Assembly: GCA_964291625.2 (NCBI GenBank)
Contig: OZ220089.1
Coordinates: 736,001 to 800,000, forward strand
Source of the DNA: Candidatus Latescibacterota bacterium
Lineage (GTDB): Bacteria; Latescibacterota; UBA2968; UBA8231
DNA length: 64,000 bases
Reading direction: 5' to 3'
Of this stretch, positions 1 through 10,615 are shown piece by piece (positions within the stretch are counted from its first letter, which is position 1; each line of letters begins with the position of its first letter). The notes under the pieces were generated by a model. That model made no database searches. It was not told where the DNA came from and saw only the letters and a list, made by a program, of their open reading frames with translations. Both the position numbers and the translations under genes were made by a program.

Positions 1-1
1 C

Positions 2-103
2 GCGGAGGCTCTCGTTCGCTTGTTCAATGGGACAGACCCCACGCTGCAACGGCTGTCGGCGACCTTCCGGCGGGCCGACCTCGTCCACATGCTCCTCCAA
101 TGA
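2..103 (+). CDS. 3' end of an unidentified gene entering from the left edge
   Basis: Open frame from position 2 (AEALVRLFNGTDPTLQRLSATFRRADLVHMLLQ) ending TGA at 101-103; too short to assign. Confidence 0.35.
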   Translation, partial: AEALVRLFNGTDPTLQRLSATFRRADLVHMLLQ

Positions 104-107
104 ATCC

Positions 108-297
108 CTGGGACGCCATTTGGGGCGTCGTGGGGCGTCTTCCGGGGGCCTATGGGGCGTCCTTGGGGGCGTCTTGCTGAGGCTCTTCGGGGGGTATTGG
201 GGCAGAAATGGGCGTCTTGGGGGGGCGTCTTGGGGGCCTCAATGGGGGCGTCTTGGCGGAGGGTCGTCGCATGGGCAGGGGGCGTGATGGGGGCGAG
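108..297 (+). repeat. Degenerate G-rich short repeats (consensus ~TGGGGGCGTCT)
   Basis: Over a dozen G3-G7 tracts, many followed by CGTC(T), e.g. at 121, 131, 153, 164, 209, 218, 243; intergenic upstream of hsdR. Confidence 0.75.
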
Positions 298-340
298 ATC
301 GAGAATCCAGTGGCCAAGCGTACAGTACCGATAGCGATCC

Positions 341-3292
341 ATGACTGAGCTCAGCATCACCGAGGCCGGCGCCGTCCAGTTCCCCATGGTGCGGCACGCC
401 GCCGAGGTCGGCTGGATCGCCATCTCCCCGCAGCAGGCCATGCGCAAGCGGGGCAGCGCCGCCGGGATGCTGTTCCGCGACGATCTCGAAGCAAAGCTGG
501 CGCAGCTCAATCCGTGGATGAGCGAGGTCGCCATCCGCCAGGTCGTCGAACGGCTCGAAGCGATCCCTCCCTCCATCGAAGGCAACCGCGAAGTGCTCGC
601 TTGGCTGCGCGGCGAGCGGCAGGTGTACGACGAAGCCGACGAGCGCAACCGGCGGGTCCGGCTTGTGGACTTCGAGCACCCCGCCGCCAACAGCCTGCAC
701 GTCACCTGGGAGTGGAGGGTCAAGCCGCCGGCCCGCAAGGGAAACCGGGCGGACGTCATGTTCGTCGTCAACGGGGTTCCCGTCGCCATTGTCGAGCACA
801 AGAACCCGAAGGACGCCAACGCCATCGAGCGAGGCGTCTCTCAACTCAGGCGATACGAAGAGGAGACGCCCGAGCTGATCGCCGCGCCTCAGCTCTTCAA
901 CGTGACCCATCTGCTGGAGTACTGGTACGGCGTGACCTGGAACGCTACCCGGCGCTTCATGGCACGGTGGAAGGAGGAGCCCGAGGAGAGCTACAGGTTC
1001 GCCGTTCAGACCTTCTTCGAGCCAACGGACTTCCTGCGCACCCTCGAACGCTGGATCCTCTTCTACGTCGAGGACGGCGAGACCCGGAAATCCGTGTTGC
1101 GCCAGCACCAGCGCCTCGCCATCGGCAAGGTCGTCGAGCGCTGCCAGGACCGGGCGAAGAGGCGCGGGTTGATCTGGCACACCCAGGGGTCGGGCAAGAC
1201 CTTCACCCTGCTGACCGCCGCGCGCCTGATCCTGGAAGACAAGCAGGGCTTCGAAAACGCCACCGTCCTCCTCGTTGTCGACCGGATTGAGTTGGAGGGT
1301 CAACTCAAGGGCTGGGTGGAGAGGCTCCTGGGCGAGATGCAGCAGCAGGAGATCCCGGTCTGGCCGGCGCGGTCCAAAGAGGAGGTGCAGGAGCTGCTTC
1401 GGACCGACAAGCGCGGTCTGATCCTCTCCATGATCCACAAGTTCGAGGGGATCGACCGCGATGCGAACACCCGCGGCAACATCTACGTCTTCATCGACGA
1501 GGCGCACCGCTCGGTGGCCAGGGATCTCGGCACCTACATGATGGCGGCCGTGCCGAATGCGACCATCATCGGCTTCACCGGCACCCCGGTGGCCCGGACC
1601 ACCCAGGGCGAAGGGACCTTCAAGATCTTCGGCGTCGACGACGAGCGGGGCTATCTCGACAAATACTCGATTCGGGAATCGATCGAGGACGAAACCACCC
1701 TGCCTCTCCGCCATACCATGGCGCCGAGCGGGATGACGGTGCCGGTCGAGCGGCTCGACAGGGAGTTCTTCGAGCTGGCCGAGGCCGAAGATGTGACCGA
1801 TGTGGACGAATTGAACAGAGTCCTCGACCGGGCCGTGGGCCTGCGCACTTTCCTCACGGCCGATGAACGGATCGAGAACGTGGCGGCCTTCGTGGCGGAC
1901 CACTTCAAGCAGAACGTCCTGCCTCTCGGCTACAAGGCCTTCCTCGTCGGTGTGAACCGCGAGGCCTGCGCGAAGTACAAGCGCGCTCTCGATAGGCTGC
2001 TGCCGGCAGAGTGGTCGGAAGCCGTGTACACCGAGAACGCCGCCGATGTCGTGGACCGGCCCCTCGTCGCCGAGTTACAGCTCTCGCCGCAGCGCGAGGC
2101 GGACGTGCGCCTCAGCTTCAAGAAGGACGGCGAAGATCCGAAGATCCTGATCGTCACCGACAAGCTTCTGACCGGCTACGACGCGCCGCTGCTCTACTGC
2201 ATGTACCTGGACAAGCCGATGCGGGATCACGTTCTGCTGCAGGCAATCGCGCGCGTGAACCGCCCCTTCGTCGACGCCGAGGGCGGCCGCAAGCGCATCG
2301 GCCTCGTCGTCGATTTCGTGGGCGTGCTGCGCGAGCTGCAGAAGGCTTTGCGGTTCGACTCCTCCGACGTCAGCGGCGTGATCGAGGATCTCGATCTGCT
2401 GCTCAAGGACTGCCTGGATAAGATCGAGCGGGCGAGGGCGGAGTTCCTTGGCACCGAGGGCAGCGCCGGCGAGGACGAGCGTCTGGAGAGGCTGGTCTAC
2501 GGCCGCTTCCTCAGGCCGGAGTCGCGCAAGGCCTTCTTCGAAGCCTACAAGGAGATCGAGGCGCTCTGGGAGATCCTGTCGCCTACGCCGGAGCTGCGCG
2601 GCCATGTGGCCACCTTCAAGCGGCTGGTAGAGCTCTACACCGTGCTCCGTAACGCCTACGAGGGTCCAGTCAGGTACGAGGCCGCCCTCGGCCGCAAGAC
2701 CCACGAATTGGTGCAGGATAGTGTCATCCAAGGCAGCCTTGGGGATCTGGTCAGGACAGTGACCTTCGACGCGGAGACCATCGAAGCGCTGCGAGGCAAG
2801 CCGGGCTCCGACGAGGCCAAGATCTTCAACCTCGTGCGGGGCCTGCGGGCCGAGATCGACAGCGACCCGGACTCGGCGGCTTTGCTCCGACCCCTGAGGG
2901 AGCGCGCCGAGCGCATCCTGGAGGACCTCGGGAACCGCAACAGTACCAGCCTCGCGGCCCTGAACCAGTTGTCGACGCTCGCGGAGGAGAAGGAAGAGGC
3001 GGCCAGAGCGGCGAGAGAGAGCGGCCTGTCTCCCCGAGCCTTCGGCGTCTACTGGACTCTCAAGGACGATAGGGCGCTCAAGGCCGCGGGTACCTCTGCA
3101 GCCGAGCTGGCGCAGGAGGCGGAAACGCTGCTCGCCCGGTTTCCGAATGCAGCTCTGAACCCCGACGAGCAGCGGCGGTTGCGGGCTTCTCTCTACCGGC
3201 CTCTACTCGGCGTCGAGCGGGATGAACGGGGACGGGTCGTGGATGCCATCATCCGAATCCTGCTTGGTACGGACGCCGATGCGGAGTCATGA
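341..3292 (+). CDS. hsdR: Type I restriction endonuclease subunit R
   Basis: 983 aa; nuclease motif [21 protein letters not shown]; Walker [10 protein letters not shown]; DEAH; GFTGTP; [10 protein letters not shown]; [10 protein letters not shown]. Confidence 0.95.
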   Translation: MTELSITEAGAVQFPMVRHAAEVGWIAISPQQAMRKRGSAAGMLFRDDLEAKLAQLNPWMSEVAIRQVVERLEAIPPSIEGNREVLAWLRGERQVYDEADERNRRVRLVDFEHPAANSLHVTWEWRVKPPARKGNRADVMFVVNGVPVAIVEHKNPKDANAIERGVSQLRRYEEETPELIAAPQLFNVTHLLEYWYGVTWNATRRFMARWKEEPEESYRFAVQTFFEPTDFLRTLERWILFYVEDGETRKSVLRQHQRLAIGKVVERCQDRAKRRGLIWHTQGSGKTFTLLTAARLILEDKQGFENATVLLVVDRIELEGQLKGWVERLLGEMQQQEIPVWPARSKEEVQELLRTDKRGLILSMIHKFEGIDRDANTRGNIYVFIDEAHRSVARDLGTYMMAAVPNATIIGFTGTPVARTTQGEGTFKIFGVDDERGYLDKYSIRESIEDETTLPLRHTMAPSGMTVPVERLDREFFELAEAEDVTDVDELNRVLDRAVGLRTFLTADERIENVAAFVADHFKQNVLPLGYKAFLVGVNREACAKYKRALDRLLPAEWSEAVYTENAADVVDRPLVAELQLSPQREADVRLSFKKDGEDPKILIVTDKLLTGYDAPLLYCMYLDKPMRDHVLLQAIARVNRPFVDAEGGRKRIGLVVDFVGVLRELQKALRFDSSDVSGVIEDLDLLLKDCLDKIERARAEFLGTEGSAGEDERLERLVYGRFLRPESRKAFFEAYKEIEALWEILSPTPELRGHVATFKRLVELYTVLRNAYEGPVRYEAALGRKTHELVQDSVIQGSLGDLVRTVTFDAETIEALRGKPGSDEAKIFNLVRGLRAEIDSDPDSAALLRPLRERAERILEDLGNRNSTSLAALNQLSTLAEEKEEAARAARESGLSPRAFGVYWTLKDDRALKAAGTSAAELAQEAETLLARFPNAALNPDEQRRLRASLYRPLLGVERDERGRVVDAIIRILLGTDADAES

Positions 3293-3671
3293 AGAGCGGC
3301 GGAGCCGCCTCCGCGACCGCGTCGAGTACTGGGCGCGAAAACTGCGGGTTCGCCCCCGGGTGGTCCGGGTTCAGCACATGACACGGAAGTGGGGTTCCTG
3401 CTCGACGGCCGGCATCATCACCCTCGCCATCGACCTAGCCGATCAGGAGCCGGGATTTCGGGACTTCGTCATCGCCCACGAACTGCTGCACCTGCGCGTG
3501 CCCAACCACGGCAAGCTGTTCAAGGCGCTGATGACCCTGCATGTTCCCGGTTGGAGGGCATACGACCTGGACCGGCGCCCCCGCCCCCAACCAATGCCGG
3601 ATCGGCTCGGTCGCGCCACCAAGAGTGGCTTAACCCAGCTCGTGCCTAAGCCCGTGGACGACAGCCGGCGA
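3279..3671 (+). CDS. M48/YgjP (DUF45)-family Zn metallopeptidase domain with no stop codon, in frame with the downstream nuclease-ATPase
   Basis: ATG 3279 overlaps the hsdR end; motifs MTRKWGSCS and [19 protein letters not shown] (HExxH...NH), typical of YgjP-like genes after hsdR. Confidence 0.85.
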
Positions 3672-6600
3672 ATGACCGGCCACGACTACAAGACACCCGG
3701 CCTCCTCAGGGCAGGCTTCCAGTATCAGGATCTCGTCGCAATCGAGATCCTCATCGAATTCTACAGACAACGCGATCTCTACGCCTGGGTCCAACTCGAA
3801 GCTGAAGAACGAGAATTCCGATCGATCGAGGATGTAGTCGCCTGTAGGCCCAACGGTCTCTACGAGCTAACGCAAGTCAAATTCACCGCCGATCCGGACT
3901 CTTCCTCCAACACCCTTAGCTGGGAATGGCTCACGGCTAGTGGCGGTGCCCGCAGGAGGTCCCTGCTGCAGAAGTGGGCACAGACAACTCTCCACCACAA
4001 GGAAGCTTGCACGCTTGCCTCTGCAGCCCTTAAGACAGACCGCATCCCAGATGCTGGGTTCGCCCAATGCCTCAAGGGGACCAAAGTCGACTACTCCCTT
4101 CTGCCAACACAACTCAGAGCTAAGGTCGAAGACCAGATCGGATCTGCCCAAGCTGCCCAGTCCTTCTTCCAGGACTTCCACTTCTTTCACTCCCAACCGA
4201 TTCTTGATGACCTCGAAGACAGACTCCGGTCACAGATCGCCTCGGACACCAACCGGGCCGGCTTCGCTCTCTTCAGGGAGCAAGTTCAACGCTGGTCGAC
4301 ACGAAAGGACCAACCAGCACCAAACGGGAGAATCAAGTACATCCATCTTCGACAGGCGCTCTCAGTCGAGCGTTCCAGGCCGATACCCCAGGACTTCCTC
4401 CTGCCCCCTACATACAGCGTCCCCGACGCGGACTTTGACAGGGCGTTTCTCGCAGAAATCACCGGCTCAAGCGGCCTGACCGTACTGTGGGGGCCGCCCG
4501 GGCGCGGCAAGAGCACCTACCTCAGCCATTGCGTTGCTAGTCTCAATCAAGAGACTTTCGTATGCATCCGCCACCACTACTTTCTGAGCCTTGAAGACCG
4601 ATCTCAGGGCCGCTTCCATTACCATGCGATCTCTCAATCCCTTCGACATCAGCTCGATCAGGCACTTCCAGATCTGGAGAGATCGGCTGCCGATCCTGGC
4701 GACCTAGGAAAGTATCTTGAAGTCGCGGCTAGCCTGCTGAAGGAGAAGGACCGCCGACTAATCATGATCGTTGACGGGCTAGATCATGTATGGCGTGAGC
4801 ATCGAGATCACGAGGACATGGAAACCCTGTTCGAGGCCCTTCTCCCACTGCCGGAAAATGTCCGGTTGGTTGTTGGGACACAGAAAATCTCTTCCGCACA
4901 TCTGCCCACGAGTCTCCTAAACGCTCTTCCGCCCGAGGAATGGACCGAGCTGCCACTGATGTCTCAGGTGGCAGTACACCGCTGGATCCGCTCGCAAGAC
5001 AAAGCCGGCAGGCTGAATCTGAGACTCACCGCAGGCCAGAAGCGTCCCAACATGGTCCGTACGATAGCCCGAGCCTTCTACGACATCTCACAGGGCTTGC
5101 CGCTCCATTTGATCTATTCATTCGAGGCGCTCGCCCGAACTGGCGCGGTAGTAACGCCAGAGGACGTGGCAGCACTTCCGGCTTGCCCTTCGGGCGATAT
5201 ACGGAACTACTACCGCTCATTCTGGACAAGGGCGGACGCCAAGGCTCGCACAATCCTCCATGTCTTGGCCGGCCTCGAATTCGGGCCTCCTGCGTTTGCG
5301 ATTTCCGACTGCTTCGGACGCTGCAACCAGAGCCTGACTTCGCTGGCGGAGATTAGTCATCTGCTTGACTACACAGAGACGGAAGTCCGGCCTTTTCATG
5401 GAAGCCTATTCTCGTTCGTGCGGGATCTTCCCGAGCATGAGGTCGCTTTTGCCGCCCATGCCGCTGATGTCCTCGCATGGCTAGAAGTCTCCGCTCCGGA
5501 GTATTGGCGCTGGGCTTGGCTCTGGATCACTAAGGCACAACTCGGCGACTCATCGGATCTCCTTGCCGGCCCCAACCGCGAGTGGGCGATCAGTTCCCTC
5601 GTAGCTGGATTCCCCATTGAGCAGCTCGTTACCATACTTGATCACGCCGAGAAAGCTGCATTCGACGCATTCAATCTACCACGGCTTCTTGCCCTACGCT
5701 TGCTCAAGACTCGGGCAGTGAATGGACCCGAATTCCAGACAGATCAGTGGCCACTCCTTCAGGAAGTCGCGCTTTCCTTGTCTTCAGATCCCTACGCTCT
5801 GCCAAACTTGCAGTCACGGCTCCATCGTGCGTCTGCCGAACTGCTGCCCTTCCTTGTCCGTACCACCGATAGCTCGAACCGTTCCGAAGTCGCCCAGAGT
5901 GCAATCGAGGAATTGAACGGCCGTATTGATCGTCTACTCGCCGATGAGACTTCGAGTGGAGAGCGCCAAGCGGCGCTGGTTGACGCCTTAGTAGCTGTCG
6001 CAGGAACAGTGAGACGCCCTGAGGCGCCCCGGTTCGTAAAGTCCCCGCGGAGTGGAGAGATCTCTGATGCCCTACTTGGAACCTACGCCCGCACATCTGT
6101 GCTTACCCTAAACTTCGAGAATGTCCTCGAGGCAAGTACGCACCGATCGGGCCACAACCTCGACCGGGAGGTTCTTGCTGTACTGTGCCTGGAGGGCCTT
6201 GACCCCTCCATGAAACCCGACCTCAAGGCACTCACACATCCGGCACTCCGCTGTCTGACAATCCTCAAAGGCGGTCGCGCCAAGCGCTCCCGCACGCGGA
6301 GAAACCTCTCAGACTTGTTTCCGACGAGGAAGGGTTCTGTTCCTGGATATTCGGAAGATGTACATGCGGTTGCATACAACGTGTTCTTTGCTGCCCTGGC
6401 TTCAGGACTCAGTGGACGCAGTGCCCGCGGCTGGTCAAAGATGCCAAGTGAGGCTGAGGCAACTTGGTTCGGCGATGCCGTTCGCTCACTTGAGCGGTTA
6501 GCGGAGGCGATTGCACAGAGATGGACCGAAAGCGGACGATGGCCAGCCCTTTGTGAAGTCTACGGGCTCTTGGACTTGCAGGAACCTCCAACGAAGGATC

Positions 6601-8057
6601 ATGATGTGCGCCTATGCCTTATAGGCACTCGTCTGGCCCTGCGAGATATCGCAGTTGACCTATGCACTATCGCAAGGGGCTTGGATCCTTCTGCTCGGAT
6701 CGGGATTGAGGACATTGAGTCCGCTTCGCAATCCCCCTTTTGGCTAGACGATCTTTGGATAGACTGCTTTAGCGAGCGACGGTTGCCGTTGCACACGCCC
6801 GAGGCAGCACAGGCGCTTGTGGAGCGGGTTGAGCGCCACCTTGATTCTACGATCACCGAATTCAACGAACGTACGGCAACCGCCGCCAAATTGGCCATCT
6901 TTGCTCTCGCCAACAATCTCCCTCTACTCGCTCAGAAGGAGCTTAGGCGAGGGGTAGGATGCGTACTCAGTTACGGTTGGCACAAGGACTTGCTCGCTCT
7001 TGAGGTGGTCAAATCGCTAGATTTGCTGGCAGAGTGCGGTGATGCCAGGGTTTCCCAGACCTTGCTTAGCCTAGCAGGCGAATTCGAGGCCATAGGAGAG
7101 TACACAGACGGGGATGAAACGGACTTCGCTCGCGAGGCCTATCTCAAGGCAATCGGGAGGCACTTCCCAGAGCGAATTCCGACCTGCTTCGCACACCTGA
7201 TTCACGCCGAAGATTGGCGATATGCGGAAGTGCTGTCCACTTCGATGCTGGGGGCCTGCGAGGCGGGAGATCCATTTGCACAAGCCTTATTCGAGACCTA
7301 CATAGGCCCTTCGGAGATACAGGCTCTCCAAGCCGCTTCACGAGTCGAGCCTCATTCCGCAGCGGCTGTATCTGCTGTTCTCAAGAAGACAGGGAGGACT
7401 AGCGTCCGAAAAGGTGCTAGGCCCGTTGAGGGCCCAAACTTTGGCGATGGCGCCGAGTCCTCCGAACCGGATGTGGAAGTACCTGATCCAGGCAAGTTCC
7501 CTCCCGGTCTCCTCCACGCGTACCTGGACGCCATTCGTGAGGTTCGGCCCTACGACCATGGGCGAAGCCTCGTTACCGAGTGGCTAGAGTATTGGGAGAC
7601 CAACGGGCAGGCTGAGAGAGCTCTGGCCGATCTCGAGGCGACAACCTCCCCAACCGAGGCTCGTCTCGATCTCGATGACGCTTTCGACGTAGCTTTCGAA
7701 ATCGCACTCAGGATCCAAGGGCGCTCCAGGGCTTACAAGTGGCTCATTTGCGCCCACACCACTCGTTCGGGCTGGCTGCGGTGGTGGACCTCGGATGAAG
7801 AGGCACACGCTAGATTCAAGGTCTTTTCTGCACACTATCGGGAGAAGTGGCAGGACTTTGTTACGGCTACCGCGAGGCCGGTGTACTCAACCAGAATCGA
7901 GGGAAACGGCATCACTGTAGGTCAGTCTCGCCTAATTTGCTTTCTGGTGCAAGTCGGCCAATTTGATGTTGCCCACGCTTGTTCCTTGGAGATGGCTGAA
8001 GCCTTTCGGCAGGCGGTAGCCGAACAGCCGATTGAGGCACCTGAGTGGTCAAAGTGA
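3672..8057 (+). CDS. Nuclease-STAND/NACHT ATPase (Avs/AVAST-like anti-phage protein); 1461 aa from ATG 3672, or 1592 aa as an M48 fusion from 3279
   Basis: N-terminal Cap4/DUF4297-type PD-(D/E)xK pattern GFQYQD...IEDVV...TQVKF; Walker A GPPGRGKST; Walker B LIMIVDGLDH; GLPL; winged-helix PFHGSL; long helical C-terminus; visibly lower GC than the flanks. Confidence 0.8.
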   Translation: MTGHDYKTPGLLRAGFQYQDLVAIEILIEFYRQRDLYAWVQLEAEEREFRSIEDVVACRPNGLYELTQVKFTADPDSSSNTLSWEWLTASGGARRRSLLQKWAQTTLHHKEACTLASAALKTDRIPDAGFAQCLKGTKVDYSLLPTQLRAKVEDQIGSAQAAQSFFQDFHFFHSQPILDDLEDRLRSQIASDTNRAGFALFREQVQRWSTRKDQPAPNGRIKYIHLRQALSVERSRPIPQDFLLPPTYSVPDADFDRAFLAEITGSSGLTVLWGPPGRGKSTYLSHCVASLNQETFVCIRHHYFLSLEDRSQGRFHYHAISQSLRHQLDQALPDLERSAADPGDLGKYLEVAASLLKEKDRRLIMIVDGLDHVWREHRDHEDMETLFEALLPLPENVRLVVGTQKISSAHLPTSLLNALPPEEWTELPLMSQVAVHRWIRSQDKAGRLNLRLTAGQKRPNMVRTIARAFYDISQGLPLHLIYSFEALARTGAVVTPEDVAALPACPSGDIRNYYRSFWTRADAKARTILHVLAGLEFGPPAFAISDCFGRCNQSLTSLAEISHLLDYTETEVRPFHGSLFSFVRDLPEHEVAFAAHAADVLAWLEVSAPEYWRWAWLWITKAQLGDSSDLLAGPNREWAISSLVAGFPIEQLVTILDHAEKAAFDAFNLPRLLALRLLKTRAVNGPEFQTDQWPLLQEVALSLSSDPYALPNLQSRLHRASAELLPFLVRTTDSSNRSEVAQSAIEELNGRIDRLLADETSSGERQAALVDALVAVAGTVRRPEAPRFVKSPRSGEISDALLGTYARTSVLTLNFENVLEASTHRSGHNLDREVLAVLCLEGLDPSMKPDLKALTHPALRCLTILKGGRAKRSRTRRNLSDLFPTRKGSVPGYSEDVHAVAYNVFFAALASGLSGRSARGWSKMPSEAEATWFGDAVRSLERLAEAIAQRWTESGRWPALCEVYGLLDLQEPPTKDHDVRLCLIGTRLALRDIAVDLCTIARGLDPSARIGIEDIESASQSPFWLDDLWIDCFSERRLPLHTPEAAQALVERVERHLDSTITEFNERTATAAKLAIFALANNLPLLAQKELRRGVGCVLSYGWHKDLLALEVVKSLDLLAECGDARVSQTLLSLAGEFEAIGEYTDGDETDFAREAYLKAIGRHFPERIPTCFAHLIHAEDWRYAEVLSTSMLGACEAGDPFAQALFETYIGPSEIQALQAASRVEPHSAAAVSAVLKKTGRTSVRKGARPVEGPNFGDGAESSEPDVEVPDPGKFPPGLLHAYLDAIREVRPYDHGRSLVTEWLEYWETNGQAERALADLEATTSPTEARLDLDDAFDVAFEIALRIQGRSRAYKWLICAHTTRSGWLRWWTSDEEAHARFKVFSAHYREKWQDFVTATARPVYSTRIEGNGITVGQSRLICFLVQVGQFDVAHACSLEMAEAFRQAVAEQPIEAPEWSK

Positions 8058-9463
8058 CCAGTCTGGCACTCTCGATACTCCTCGAACGCTTGCTATGGCC
8101 GGTTCCCCGGGTTCGGTGGGAAGTGGGCAGGAGTTTGGCCCGGCTCATTCGTGAGGGGAATGGACAGGCCAAAAGTGGCCTTCTCAGCTGGATTGCCGGC
8201 CGCAAGTTGGAGAGCGAGGCCGTGCTCGGCCTCGGCATTATCGATGCTTTTGATCTGGGTTCACACTTCCAGTTCGAGAGCGTAAGGGATGCCGTTCAAG
8301 TCCCTTCGCTTCTCTCGGATAGCCTCCTAAGAAGGAACTTCAGCAATGCAGTAGGACTGTCTCCATTTCGGTACTCAGTTTCGCCTGCCGTAGCTGCCAC
8401 GCTTCCAGACAACCAGGAGGCTTGGTTCGATCGTTACCGCACTCGGGCCGTGGCCCCAATGTTTTCGACTGAACTGCGAAAGCTCGAAGAGACCTGCGGG
8501 TTTGGTTTCATGGCGCGGTGGAAGCATGATTGGTGCTGGCTGCAAGCAAGCAATCCCCGTCCCTCGGCAGAATACCCGCGCTTCTTCTCAGGTCCTTATC
8601 CCCTGGGCCGCGCCGGTCAGTTTGATCAGGGTCAGCGCGAACTATACGTCTCCGCATTCCTTCGAACGCTAGCCTATGCCTCAATCACTGGGATCATACC
8701 CCGTGAGCTCGGGGAGCATTGCGCCAGGGTAGCCCTAACGATGAACCGGGGGCTGGCGGACCTGGAGCCGATTGAGAGGCCCGATTGGGCATGCAACCTT
8801 CTTCCTTTCGACTCCACGCGGACTAGCGTGCTTGCACACAGTCTGTGGACTAGCGCCAGTGCTGCTGCAGGGCCGGAAGAAGAACCCATTGCCCTCCGGG
8901 TGATCGACGGGGCCGACGAGGAGTTCGTCGAACTCGATTTGACCTTGGTCATCGGACCCACCGGCTTCACCTCCGGCCCTCCAGAGGCCCAGGTAGATGG
9001 GGAAGTCATCGAGGGTGAGCCTCCCAGTGGTGCGGAGGGAGTCGTGGGTCGCGCTGCAGCAATCAGCCCTCCTTTCATCGATGGTCCCCGGGCTGTCTCC
9101 TCCGTCATGCTCCTGGATTTTATGGGTCGGGTTCACGTCGATCTGGTATGTGCCATTAGGCTGGCTTCGCCGTACGTCTTCAGGACCGCGGCCAATGTGA
9201 GATGCGGCCCCTCGGAGATTCGTCTTGAAGCAGACGCTACTGCAACCTCTCGCTGGATTCACTGGTACGCAGACTGGCAACCTGCCAAGTTCGGCCAACT
9301 TGAATCCCCTATAGGGTCATTGTCAACGGTTCCGAGGGCCTGGTTGGAAGACCTACGGGCCCGTCCCGGTGCGGAAGTCGCGCGACTGGTACGTGCCCGC
9401 CATGGGACTAAGCAGGAGATCAGGGAGGATCGTGAAGTCCAGCCCCAATCTTGTTGGATTTGA
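8054..9463 (+). CDS. Hypothetical partner of the STAND ATPase (possibly a split C-terminal sensor region), 469 aa
   Basis: GTGA start/stop overlap at 8054-8057; same lower-GC codon usage; begins with the helical motif LLERLLWPVPRVRWEVGRSLARL. Confidence 0.7.
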   Translation: MTSLALSILLERLLWPVPRVRWEVGRSLARLIREGNGQAKSGLLSWIAGRKLESEAVLGLGIIDAFDLGSHFQFESVRDAVQVPSLLSDSLLRRNFSNAVGLSPFRYSVSPAVAATLPDNQEAWFDRYRTRAVAPMFSTELRKLEETCGFGFMARWKHDWCWLQASNPRPSAEYPRFFSGPYPLGRAGQFDQGQRELYVSAFLRTLAYASITGIIPRELGEHCARVALTMNRGLADLEPIERPDWACNLLPFDSTRTSVLAHSLWTSASAAAGPEEEPIALRVIDGADEEFVELDLTLVIGPTGFTSGPPEAQVDGEVIEGEPPSGAEGVVGRAAAISPPFIDGPRAVSSVMLLDFMGRVHVDLVCAIRLASPYVFRTAANVRCGPSEIRLEADATATSRWIHWYADWQPAKFGQLESPIGSLSTVPRAWLEDLRARPGAEVARLVRARHGTKQEIREDREVQPQSCWI

Positions 9464-9490
9464 TTTCGGAGTTGTCGAAGCCGCAATTGG

Positions 9491-10615
9491 ATGCCCCAGG
9501 AGGAGGCCGCAGTGTCCGTCACCAAGCCTGACCCGAGCCCCACCCGCCCGCGGGCGGCAGCCGCCGTGATCTGGCGGTCCGTGCAGGTGGCGGTCGCCGT
9601 CGCCGTCATCGTCGTGCCCTTCGCCTACGCGGTGACCGGCGTGCACCGCGAGGTCCTGATCGCGGCGAGTTGTGGTTTCGCCATCGGCGTCGGCCTCAGT
9701 CTGCGCATGGGCGAACGAGGCGGGAGATCGACGGGCATCCTGATCGGCTCGGCTGTCGGCATCCTCACCGCACTCGCGATGGGTGTCTCGACGGACATGT
9801 CGGGAGCCTTCGCCATTGCCGCGCCGGTTCTGGTGCCTCTGGCCCTCGGCCTGATCGACGGACTCGGGCCATCGCGCCTCTCAGGGTACCGTGAGACAAG
9901 CGTCTTGGCCTTGATGCTGACCGCCTTGCTCGGGTTCGGATTCCTGCCCGTGTTCGGGTTCTCGGTTCTCGCCCTCCTGCTCTTCGTGCCGCAGAACGCG
10001 GTTATCGCCGGCTACTTCAACCGCAATCCGGAAGGCCGGCTTCACTCCCGTCCGCCCCTGTGGCTGCTCCTCGTCCTCCTCGCCACCGTGGTCATAGCCT
10101 TCACGATCGGAGTGCGGCAGTCCGGGTGGCTGCAGGCTCTCCTCCAGGTTTCCCTGGTGTTCATCATACCTGCCGCCGTCTTCCTGGCCGCACGGGCATG
10201 TGCGACCTGGATGAAGCCGCGCCTCGACGTCTACGCGCAGCTCGTCGAGTATTTCCGCGTCATGTGGATCCCCATCGGCGGGTTCTCGGCCGGGTACCTG
10301 GCGATCATCGTCGTCTTCGCGGGATTCAGCGGCATGCTGGAGCGCTTCAGCCCCGGCTCCTTCGCCGGCGCCGCGGACGCCGGCATCGGTGACTGGCTGT
10401 CGTTCTCGTTCTACTCGGCCCTGGCCCAGGACTACACCGGCATCACCCCGGCCTCGTTGGCGGCGCGGACCCTCGTGGGCGCCAGGCTGCTCCTGTCGGT
10501 CGCCTGGGCGCTGGTCGTCTTCGCCGCGATCATGTCCGCCATCCAGCCCCAGCTCGAGCGAATCGCCCGGCGCAACACACAGCCGGCGCCCGGTGACGAG
10601 CAGCCAGGATCCTGA
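9491..10615 (+). CDS. Multi-pass membrane protein with a C-terminal Ion_trans_2-like (degenerate K-channel pore) domain
   Basis: About 10 hydrophobic segments; TM-(DWLSFSFYSALAQDYTGITPASLAARTLV)-TM resembles the pore-helix consensus DALYFSFVTLTTLGYGDIxP. Confidence 0.7.
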   Translation: MPQEEAAVSVTKPDPSPTRPRAAAAVIWRSVQVAVAVAVIVVPFAYAVTGVHREVLIAASCGFAIGVGLSLRMGERGGRSTGILIGSAVGILTALAMGVSTDMSGAFAIAAPVLVPLALGLIDGLGPSRLSGYRETSVLALMLTALLGFGFLPVFGFSVLALLLFVPQNAVIAGYFNRNPEGRLHSRPPLWLLLVLLATVVIAFTIGVRQSGWLQALLQVSLVFIIPAAVFLAARACATWMKPRLDVYAQLVEYFRVMWIPIGGFSAGYLAIIVVFAGFSGMLERFSPGSFAGAADAGIGDWLSFSFYSALAQDYTGITPASLAARTLVGARLLLSVAWALVVFAAIMSAIQPQLERIARRNTQPAPGDEQPGS

